NCBI GenBank assembly: GCA_024398965.1
Contig: JAKSIF010000009.1
Span: forward strand, 25,581 to 89,580
Direction of reading: 5' to 3'
Source of the DNA: Fibrobacter sp.
GTDB lineage: Bacteria; Fibrobacterota; Fibrobacteria; Fibrobacterales; Fibrobacteraceae
DNA length: 64,000 nt
The notes under the pieces are model-generated. The model made no database searches. It saw only the letters and a list, made by a program, of their open reading frames with translations, and was not told the origin of the DNA. The translations under genes and the position numbers were made by a program. Shown one piece after another: positions 31,601 to 37,452 of this stretch; position 1 is the first letter of the stretch; every line of letters begins with the position of its first letter.

Positions 31601-34070
31601 TAATTTGGGGAATAACAGCCCCGTTATGAATATTGAAACCAATTACGGTAAGGCAACCGAAGAAAATAGAGCTCTGTATGTGGGTGGGGATGATGGTTAT
31701 GGCGGTTATCAGCCTATAACTGTCGGAACCGTACCAGGTGCTTATGGAATCCCCGCAGAATGTTATTCCATTAGTAGACCAAACCAGTCTTTTGATCCGG
31801 CTCATTGCAGTGATGTGGAAGTTGATGGGAAACATTACAACTGTTGCCAGGAAGGTCTTGCCTGGTGGCTGGATGCCAATGGACAAAATGTATTCCGTAG
31901 ATACTCTACGGGAAGCATGACTTCTGAATGGTATAAGGGTGTCACCCCTGATTTCGATGTTGAACGCGTGTCGAAAATCTTCTTTAGGCTTGTTAATCGA
32001 AACGAAGCCGGTGCTGGTGAAACGGATATTCGTGCAGAGTCCTTTAACGGCGATATTTCGGAAACTGGAACAGCAGCCTTCGTTCATGTAGGTAACCTGA
32101 AGGCATCTTGTCCCAATGCGTTTGGTTTGGATAACTGCCGTGTAAATGGCGTTGACGCTAAAGATGCTGCTAAGAAGGCTGTGTTCAATGCCGGCGAAAC
32201 GGTTATCTTGACTGCAAATGTAACCAAGTGTAAGGATGCCTACATTACAAGTAGCATTGATGGTTTGGAAGGGGATACTCCGGAATGTGTGGGCATGACA
32301 ACTCTCGCAAGTTCTCCGGCAACACTCCCCATGGAAGAAAGCGATCAAGATATTTCCCTAACAGTAAGCTCTGCGATGTCCAATTGGATGACCAAGTCTT
32401 GTAGCCAGTACATTCATGTGAACCCTCTTAAGTCTAACTGTACTTGGGTAGGAACAGATGCGGTTAACTATCTGGATGATCCTGCAACTCGGGATAAGCA
32501 TGAGGTTGTTTATGTGAATGACGGAAGAAATTTCCAGGCAAGTAAACCTAAGTTAGGGGCTTCTTTCGAGGGATCCTTAACAACGTTACGTACATCTCTC
32601 TACAAAAACGGAGGTATCTTTAAAAACACCGCCGGGAATGTTGAAAATTCGAATATTGAACCCTATAAAACATCCAATGCTTTTACAAAGACCTTTATCC
32701 CCAATGGTAGCGGTAAGTACGAATTCCTTTATGGAACCAATGGAAGAAGTGCGACAAACGAGCATTCCGGTGTTATCGGTGATGGAAACTGCTATGTAGA
32801 TGTTGTTGTGGAACCGGTGAAGATATCTTGTTCTGTTGCAGAGGACTCTAAGGTTGCAACGGGTGGCAAGAATATTATTTTCTCGGGAACAACTAACGCT
32901 CATAAAGATGTGGCTAACAGATATTATAAAGTGACAGGACCTGATGGTTATACTTTTACATCAGGTGCTAATCCTTTTAATGTGGTAAATGTAACTGAAG
33001 GCGCAAATACATTTACCTATAATGGTTATAAAGCTCCCCATGACCCTGGAACCTATGAAGTGAGTGTAAGTTTTTACAATCAACCATACGAAAGCTGCGG
33101 CACATTCAATGTAAGTTCAATGGCGATATCAAATTGTAATGCTCCAGACGTAACATACGTGGATGACGGAAGAAATGTTGGAAGACCATCGTATTCCGTT
33201 ACCTTATCTAATTACGGAACTAGTTCCAAAAGAGGCTTCTATAGAGATGGAATCTATTTCTCTGACGATGGCAATGTATCCTCAAATTCAGGGGTATTTG
33301 CAAAGAACGCCTACGATCCAATGGGTGGGTTGACTACACCAGAAAGCAAATACAAGACACATGAATTCACACTCCTTTATGGTGTGGGCTCAAGGGCTTC
33401 TCAACCTACTGGGGAATATGCTACCCCAACAGGCTGTGTTCAGAAAGTGACAATTGAACCTGTAACCTATACTTGTCAAATTGATGAGTCTTCTCGATTT
33501 GTCAAGGGAAACACATCTGTAACGATTACTGGGGTAACCAACGCTCACAGGGACGTTGCTAATCGTAGGTTGAGAATTACTGGGCCTAATGGGTATTCTA
33601 AGATTTTGACTGATTTTAACGTAACTAATGTTTCTGAAGGTGCAAATATCATTACATACAAGGGGTATACAGTTCCTGCTACCAATGGAGAATATCATGT
33701 TTCCATGAGTCTTAAGGATCAACCCTATGTGGATTGCGGTACCATTACAGTCGGAACAGAAAATCTCGCTTCCAAGGTAAGCTTTGCTTTGGAATCTGAT
33801 CAGATTGAACGTTCTGGTTATGCTGATAGACAAATGTTTAATTTAGCATCGGGACAAGTTGTCTCCGTCAATAAGACTACGTCAAAATTGACTATCGGAT
33901 GCTGGAGTGGAACGCCCAAGAATATCAAGTATCAGAATTGTCGAAACGAGATAAAGACTAAAACGATACCTTGCAATAATTGGACTCCCCTTGACGACAT
34001 TCCTGAACAATGTACAGTTTATGTGCAGGCTGATGGAAATGACATTCACATGAAATTTGGTGCTTGGTAA
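25611..34070 (+). CDS. Giant PilX/GspK-like minor pilin fused to a Cys-rich multi-domain putative adhesin (2819 aa)
   Basis: NKG|VALITVLLFMLVATIAATA (no E5), QAYQASQAGINAARSWL PilX-type helix, IVSVGKG strand; about 2650 aa of Gly/Ser/Thr/Cys-rich extracellular-type sequence. Confidence 0.8.
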   Translation: MKLQKNKGVALITVLLFMLVATIAATAVFKWIQAQNRASASQLKQNEAYQASQAGINAARSWLAYNGQETAALVTQFEREKTPILLDSMLTPLTSKMQQGYSVYLTNVDASNASDVKLKIVSVGKGRHNSVYSQVAILGVNGLYKVKVPVKISKASVPYNYSYFGGSTTFQGEHKGTAMLINGNWSGNPGELDEDFIVTGNVSLSGNKIEIGKTACIGGDMNTQNGSIVNDIYVGGKSVNMDISARGNAYFEGDVFEKSCWSWPGGSSCSYSVGAKSDTIAKNMTLNGTMGLNLQSHNFVVGGNLCLTNRGKIDFGTSTSKKFMAVGNVYIPSGTNALQPFEDWSDEADKRAGSRYLGGPGKDVYVATANVCKNSDRQKYRLSNCPTTYTLYDYEGNVSGQTKFSSDGNVTKSIPATAPFECAESVKEYCDSKWEKKAGGCDGSKYKIDDLLSAGYDQFKSFANKAKCTQNVLNSSTTEFDASAMSSCYTNQLNDADSNRANLYNEYMVVRFAGGSEDGAAKILGSVKGKLKGKFIFLFETQVNYNIYMPETTDDSYVFVYMKEGSTSEIWQGGSTGPWNYFFYLEKSVKKLTTSKDWNGSFYAAVGDGNCAKISQMDGGGKLNFDPELMQDMIDAGIICAYGEVCTPSTGSSTPGSGSGEESSGASDGYDNQWISYGPRVKINLASQYANTESFEYSELNPSLIVMPRLIYLAKDKKLYENGSYQYSVLYLGGAKNPSDEGTFAGDVSCYVGNKVEAGASIGKSDPFTKTGLHTCLYKEYVDGVQLSSYFWVWVVDESSSTVVSFPSASDEFECSEGGETKQIAVNIANSGNEGKLKVLVYNTTGSGIGISANSSYLSSKGAEGYTTTYEFNVPKATSIPDLFTMTMNDCENVTGFVQFQMVDDNAEDLVFVGSPSNLLYIFSGPEPNVQREEISQDMTLDAQVKDSLNKIPDCKDIDGGMIGEEVWSARTIESNPGGCKKRQSPSIGPWLCNAGETVDNMTAAGYDEDLCEVVQTNHPQVAGGKIMTYVYASLKARPLTLTIDVSGIKGRVTTDTVNTWHKESRTNVDDTEYEVAVIDEYGKELGVCRTGGAGQCKFTTYAGGTYHLLASSTNFSHYSVYCNSNATCTKTKWYYHKGIKRELVVVMKEDTKVRANFTRTGYCFTEDFKHLHSYCSYDVTPVAYAGGEELWLKNGKGGWVDKGSINGYLKNLDGSGTFNAVEATVHDYARGPQLDGSTAYCIDQCVTTKNYRYTGNKETGVPDAKFRFYPTICSVTGNKDIPENETAAYKEDQNKDYWSYWDPGEREYPSPKASNKHYACAVGKNASDPAIRDCDPETDPKHCIIDECKGPAPLDMPRVRGGYYRPDDPYSPWMRVLGVHMSQNVKSGPIIGQDIGSQWNTAPFVNRDQGYMTTGHNTTTPDVVMRKAAAGYNGTYSKIFKIMTNTASYSWGSGNTFIFRSNPSATSFYHATVIAGDQIEKYKNQGVSANETRGSHILVCYCTNETCPAYSPYDPPTSGEYSRGWGSAVNLASRFRETGKKPYNDYSNSNPGKGFKDFWNIDGGTDNLGHCAVAPVVTNIPFSELKDRVLELKVDLDEDTAFVTLAYSSDISNVAGVGISSYMVYSRASFNLNDPELFGFKKSLGYKEEETPMYKFKHNVNGAQDSAVYVGFSMHDPYEQVYNIEWRSGGNCDTKLNMRPQIYCGFENNVAPVNKTKMPVYYVYDYCPDGAECDCDYSFTLNGNPWYGTLSEVRNYSYGELAVSANCRVVRDGIDGATRTEEHVTGACNAFSTYDPSIENSCTETYNIFLQREVASKSDNFDYIDLNESRISSIDRTYAFADNKVSVSVSPNTSVDEASTATNISDLNMTITCGEGSCEYAKNWYLKDASYYSTTTTLGVKELDGVTYNYPRLQRNVNLAGTNFPKLLKLGFNVEGAWHNPDPSQKGLPNESGVDTLYLKLRSKLGTPYLNLRDADLSFDFIQSWNMDTVQYWLQDNLGNNSPVMNIETNYGKATEENRALYVGGDDGYGGYQPITVGTVPGAYGIPAECYSISRPNQSFDPAHCSDVEVDGKHYNCCQEGLAWWLDANGQNVFRRYSTGSMTSEWYKGVTPDFDVERVSKIFFRLVNRNEAGAGETDIRAESFNGDISETGTAAFVHVGNLKASCPNAFGLDNCRVNGVDAKDAAKKAVFNAGETVILTANVTKCKDAYITSSIDGLEGDTPECVGMTTLASSPATLPMEESDQDISLTVSSAMSNWMTKSCSQYIHVNPLKSNCTWVGTDAVNYLDDPATRDKHEVVYVNDGRNFQASKPKLGASFEGSLTTLRTSLYKNGGIFKNTAGNVENSNIEPYKTSNAFTKTFIPNGSGKYEFLYGTNGRSATNEHSGVIGDGNCYVDVVVEPVKISCSVAEDSKVATGGKNIIFSGTTNAHKDVANRYYKVTGPDGYTFTSGANPFNVVNVTEGANTFTYNGYKAPHDPGTYEVSVSFYNQPYESCGTFNVSSMAISNCNAPDVTYVDDGRNVGRPSYSVTLSNYGTSSKRGFYRDGIYFSDDGNVSSNSGVFAKNAYDPMGGLTTPESKYKTHEFTLLYGVGSRASQPTGEYATPTGCVQKVTIEPVTYTCQIDESSRFVKGNTSVTITGVTNAHRDVANRRLRITGPNGYSKILTDFNVTNVSEGANIITYKGYTVPATNGEYHVSMSLKDQPYVDCGTITVGTENLASKVSFALESDQIERSGYADRQMFNLASGQVVSVNKTTSKLTIGCWSGTPKNIKYQNCRNEIKTKTIPCNNWTPLDDIPEQCTVYVQADGNDIHMKFGAW

Positions 34071-34072
34071 TT

Positions 34073-34103
34073 AAAGAAAGGCTCCCTTCGGGGAGCCTTT
34101 TTT
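34073..34103 (+). terminator. Intrinsic terminator of the pilin operon
   Basis: AAAGGCTCCC-ttcg-GGGAGCCTTT plus T-run. Confidence 0.85.
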
Positions 34104-34235
34104 GTATAACTGAAAACTACCGGCTAGGCCGGTAGTTCCGTAAAAGCCTTCTGGCGGTCATGAAAGAAGAAATCCTTTGATTAATATTGAAATGCGGTCT
34201 GCCAACTGCATCACAATAAAATCAAAGGATTTAAA

Positions 34236-34673
34236 ATGAATGATAGAAATAAATCAACAGCCCATACCACATGGAATTGTAAGTACCATATCGTGTTTGC
34301 ACCCAAGTTTAGAAGGAAAATTCTATACAATCAGAAACGAGAGCTTGTAGGAAGAATTCTCAGAAAATTGTGCGAATGGAAAGATGTGGAAATAATAGAG
34401 GCCGAAGTCTGTCCAGACCATATTCACATGCTGGTCGCCATACCGCCGAAACTCTCCGTTTCGAGTTTCATGGGGTATTTGAAAGGAAAGAGCAGCCTGG
34501 AATTGAATGACACGGTTCCTGAATTGCAGAATAAGTACGGGAACCGAGTCTTTTGGTGCCGAGGATATTATGTTGACACGGCAGGAAAAAACGCAGACCG
34601 AATTAAGGCGTATATCCGGCAACAGTTAGAGGAGGACAAACTAGGAGAACAACAGTCAATGTTTGGCAAGTAG
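34236..34673 (+). CDS. tnpA: IS200-family Y1 (HUH) transposase
   Basis: CKYHIVFAPKFRR, PDHIHML (HUH), GYLKGKSS, FWCRGYYVDT, IKAYIRQQ. Confidence 0.95.
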   Translation: MNDRNKSTAHTTWNCKYHIVFAPKFRRKILYNQKRELVGRILRKLCEWKDVEIIEAEVCPDHIHMLVAIPPKLSVSSFMGYLKGKSSLELNDTVPELQNKYGNRVFWCRGYYVDTAGKNADRIKAYIRQQLEEDKLGEQQSMFGK

Positions 34674-34822
34674 TGCCCGTTTACGGGCGGCCTAGTAAGG
34701 ACCCTAGCAGGTGGCAGATCGACGTGCGTGCCCTTGCACGCAGCTAGTATTGTAGGGCTACGCCCGTATATGAAGAACCACCGGCGAAGTGAACTGACCC
34801 CAAAAAGTTGGACGGTTTAAAG

Positions 34823-35719
34823 TTAGGATAAAACTGGGTTATGAGTCCGGTATTGTACCGGACTCATTCCTTTTAGGCGCAGTTTTATCCGATCATTGTT
34901 ATAGTACTCGATGTATTTCTTGAGTTCTTGCTTGAAGTGGTCCATATTCTTGAAGGTGTTGGGATAGAGCAGTTCCGATTTCATAATGCCGAAGAAGTTC
35001 TCCATCATGGCGTTATCCAGGCAGTTGCCCTTACGGCTCATACTTTGCACGATGTCATGGTCTCGCAGAGTATTTTGATAGCTGTAGTGCTGGTAATGCC
35101 AGCCTTGATCGGAGTGCAGTACCAGTTTGTCACCAACATGCTTTCGTTCTAGCGCCTTGTCCAGCATCGTCATCACCATTCGCAGATCCGGATGGTCTGA
35201 TATGGTGTAGCTGATGATTTCTCCGTTGTACATGTCCAGTATCGGCGACAGGTAGCACTTGTCCTGGCCGATATTTATTTGTGTCACGTCCGTTGCCCAT
35301 TTCTGGTTTGGAGCTGATGCAATGAAGTTCCTGTTGATTACGTTTGGTGCAATTGCTCCTACTTCGCCCTTGTAGGAACGGTACTTGTTACGTCTGCGGA
35401 CGTTCTTCAGGTTTTCCTCTTTCATGATGCGGTATACCGTCTTGTGGTTAATCGAGAAGCCTTCGTTTCGTAGTTCGTCCCTTATGCGTCGGTAGCCGTA
35501 ATAGCCCTTGTTCTTTGCGTGTACGGCCTTGACTCGCTCTCGCTCGTCAGCGTAGCGGTCCGTCTTTTTCCGGATGTTGTAGTAGTATGTGGAGCGGGAG
35601 AGTCCGCTTGCCTTCAGGAGATGCTTGAGCGCGTGCTTGTCGCTCAGTCCTCGGACTGTCTCGGCCCTATACCGAACATCTCGGCATTCTCTTCCTGGTC
35701 TAGGGCCTTCAATTTTTTT
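34823..35719 (-). CDS. IS3-family OrfB DDE transposase (expressed by -1 frameshift)
   Basis: Frame extends upstream of the tracked ORF: SGLSRSTYYY, YGYRRI, then KWATDVT, LHSDQGWHY, SRKGNCLDNAMMENFFG; A7 slippery run at 35713-35719. Confidence 0.88.
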   Translation of the reverse strand, partial: KKIEGPRPGRECRDVRYRAETVRGLSDKHALKHLLKASGLSRSTYYYNIRKKTDRYADERERVKAVHAKNKGYYGYRRIRDELRNEGFSINHKTVYRIMKEENLKNVRRRNKYRSYKGEVGAIAPNVINRNFIASAPNQKWATDVTQINIGQDKCYLSPILDMYNGEIISYTISDHPDLRMVMTMLDKALERKHVGDKLVLHSDQGWHYQHYSYQNTLRDHDIVQSMSRKGNCLDNAMMENFFGIMKSELLYPNTFKNMDHFKQELKKYIEYYNNDRIKLRLKGMSPVQYRTHNPVLS

Positions 35720-36168
35720 AGGTAGGCATTCTCCGCTTCAAGATACTCCACACGCTCTCTAAGGCGTTCAAGTTCGGTCATGCCTTTTGTGGTTCTCTTC
35801 TTCTTGGGCATCTTAGGTGGCCTCCCTTTGGGCTTTGTTGCAAGCAGTTCTTCATAGCCGCCATGGCGGTATTTTCTCAGCCAGGACTTGATTGTACTGA
35901 AGCTGATTCCGTACTTGACGGTCGCTTCGCAACAAGATAGCGATTGTTGGATCACAGCGTCAATAGTTTGACGTTTCAGCTTCGCCGTCGCTTGAACATT
36001 CGGCTTCCGATTGGTACGCCAATCGCCTGTTAGCCTAAATTGCTGTATCCGTCGTTTGATTTCACTCAATTCAATCCCCGTTTGTTTGGATATGGAGGGC
36101 GAATCAACGTGTGAAAGATGTAGCTCCAGGACTTTAGCCCATTCTGCTTCTGTGTGTTTCTTATACAT
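35644..36168 (-). CDS. IS3-family OrfA (HTH)
   Basis: Two HTH-like segments, WLRKYRHGG, LRERVEYLEAENAYLKKLKAL coiled-coil end. Confidence 0.9.
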   Translation of the reverse strand: MYKKHTEAEWAKVLELHLSHVDSPSISKQTGIELSEIKRRIQQFRLTGDWRTNRKPNVQATAKLKRQTIDAVIQQSLSCCEATVKYGISFSTIKSWLRKYRHGGYEELLATKPKGRPPKMPKKKRTTKGMTELERLRERVEYLEAENAYLKKLKALDQEENAEMFGIGPRQSED

Positions 36169-36316
36169 GAAAACCCCGAAAGTTGTGTCCAACTTTCGGG
36201 GTTCACATCACTTCGCCGGTGGGTCACTTTTTTTTCTTCTATAATATTTTCGGTTTTAAAATGAAAATTACACATTTTGTGTTACGCAAAATGTGTAATT
36301 TTTGTATATTGTGGTT

Positions 36317-37441
36317 ATGAACGAATATGTGAATCCTTTTTTCATCTATGGCTATGCTGGTCCAAAGTATTTCTGCGATCGTGTTTCCGAGACGGAACAG
36401 TTAATCTCTGCATTAAAAAATGGGCGGAATGTTACCTTGCTGAGTCCTCGTCGCATGGGGAAGACCGGTCTTATTATGCGGGTGTTTGATGAGATTAAGA
36501 AACGAGATAAAAATTCAGCTTGTTTCTATGTGGATATCTATCCAACAAGGTCTCTTGAAGATTTTGTTACTCTGCTGGGTAAAGTTGTTCTGGGTGCTTT
36601 AGACGGCTTGGGCAAGAAGGCCTTGAATGCTGCGGTCTCCGTTTTCAAAAGTTGTAAGTTGACTATGGCCGTTGATCCTGTGACGGGAAACCTTCAACCG
36701 GCACTTGATTTCCATCCTAAAGAAACAAAGAATACTTTGTCTGATATATTTTCATACTTGAAAAATTCAGAAAGGGAATGTTTTATCGCTATTGATGAAT
36801 TCCAGCAGATTTCAGAATATGGTGATGAAACCGTAGAAGCTTTGTTGCGTTCGTATGTCCAGTTTTGTCCGAATGTCCACTTTATTTTTTCGGGTAGCAA
36901 GCATCACCTGATGTCCGAAATGTTTAGCTCCGTGGGGCATCCGTTCTATCGTAGCACGGAAATGTTTCATCTTTACGCTATTGAAAAAAAGTCGTACTAT
37001 GAATTTGCCAATGGCTGGATGAAAAAGGCTAAAATCAATTTGCCTAGAGATTGCTTTGAAGCCTTGTATGATCGGTTAGAAGGGCATACTTGGTATATGC
37101 AGACCGTGTTGAACCGTCTTTACGAGATGGCGCCAAAGGAGGTTTGCCTGGACGATGTCAATATGTGTATTCGCAGGATTATGGTGTCCGAGATGGATGC
37201 CTATCAACGAATGCAGAATGTCTTGACTTTTAACCAGAATCGTCTGCTGTTGGCCATTGCGCTTGCGGGCTGTGTTTCTGCTATTAATTCAGGTGAATTC
37301 GTAAAGAGCAGCGGGTTGAAAACGGCTAGCTGTGTTAATCGTGCTTTGGAGTATTTGCTGGACAAGGAATATGTGATGCAAACGCCAAAGGGATATGTGG
37401 TTTACGATAAGTTCTTTGCTCTGTGGCTTAAGGGGATGTAA
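36317..37441 (+). CDS. Archaeal-type (COG1672-like) AAA ATPase with C-terminal winged helix
   Basis: NPF...FCDRVSE, SPRRMGKTGL Walker A, IAIDEFQQI Walker B, FIFSGS, GHTWYMQ, YDKFFALWL. Confidence 0.85.
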   Translation: MNEYVNPFFIYGYAGPKYFCDRVSETEQLISALKNGRNVTLLSPRRMGKTGLIMRVFDEIKKRDKNSACFYVDIYPTRSLEDFVTLLGKVVLGALDGLGKKALNAAVSVFKSCKLTMAVDPVTGNLQPALDFHPKETKNTLSDIFSYLKNSERECFIAIDEFQQISEYGDETVEALLRSYVQFCPNVHFIFSGSKHHLMSEMFSSVGHPFYRSTEMFHLYAIEKKSYYEFANGWMKKAKINLPRDCFEALYDRLEGHTWYMQTVLNRLYEMAPKEVCLDDVNMCIRRIMVSEMDAYQRMQNVLTFNQNRLLLAIALAGCVSAINSGEFVKSSGLKTASCVNRALEYLLDKEYVMQTPKGYVVYDKFFALWLKGM

Positions 37442-37452
37442 GTCGGCTAGTA

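Larger units (their letters stand above)
34790..36210 (-). mobile_element. IS3-family (IS150-like) insertion sequence, 1421 bp
   Basis: Imperfect terminal inverted repeats TGAACTGACCCCAAAAAGTTGGAC / TGATGTGAACCCCGAAAGTTGGAC (19/24), TG...CA ends, orfA plus orfB. Confidence 0.92.
34112..36224 (+). mobile_element. IS200/IS605-family element (tnpA only); right-end hairpin interrupted by an IS3-family element
   Basis: Left-end hairpin ACTACCGGC-tag-GCCGGTAGT; tnpA; right end ...AACCACCGGCGAAG [IS3] CTTCGCCGGTGGG. Confidence 0.9.
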
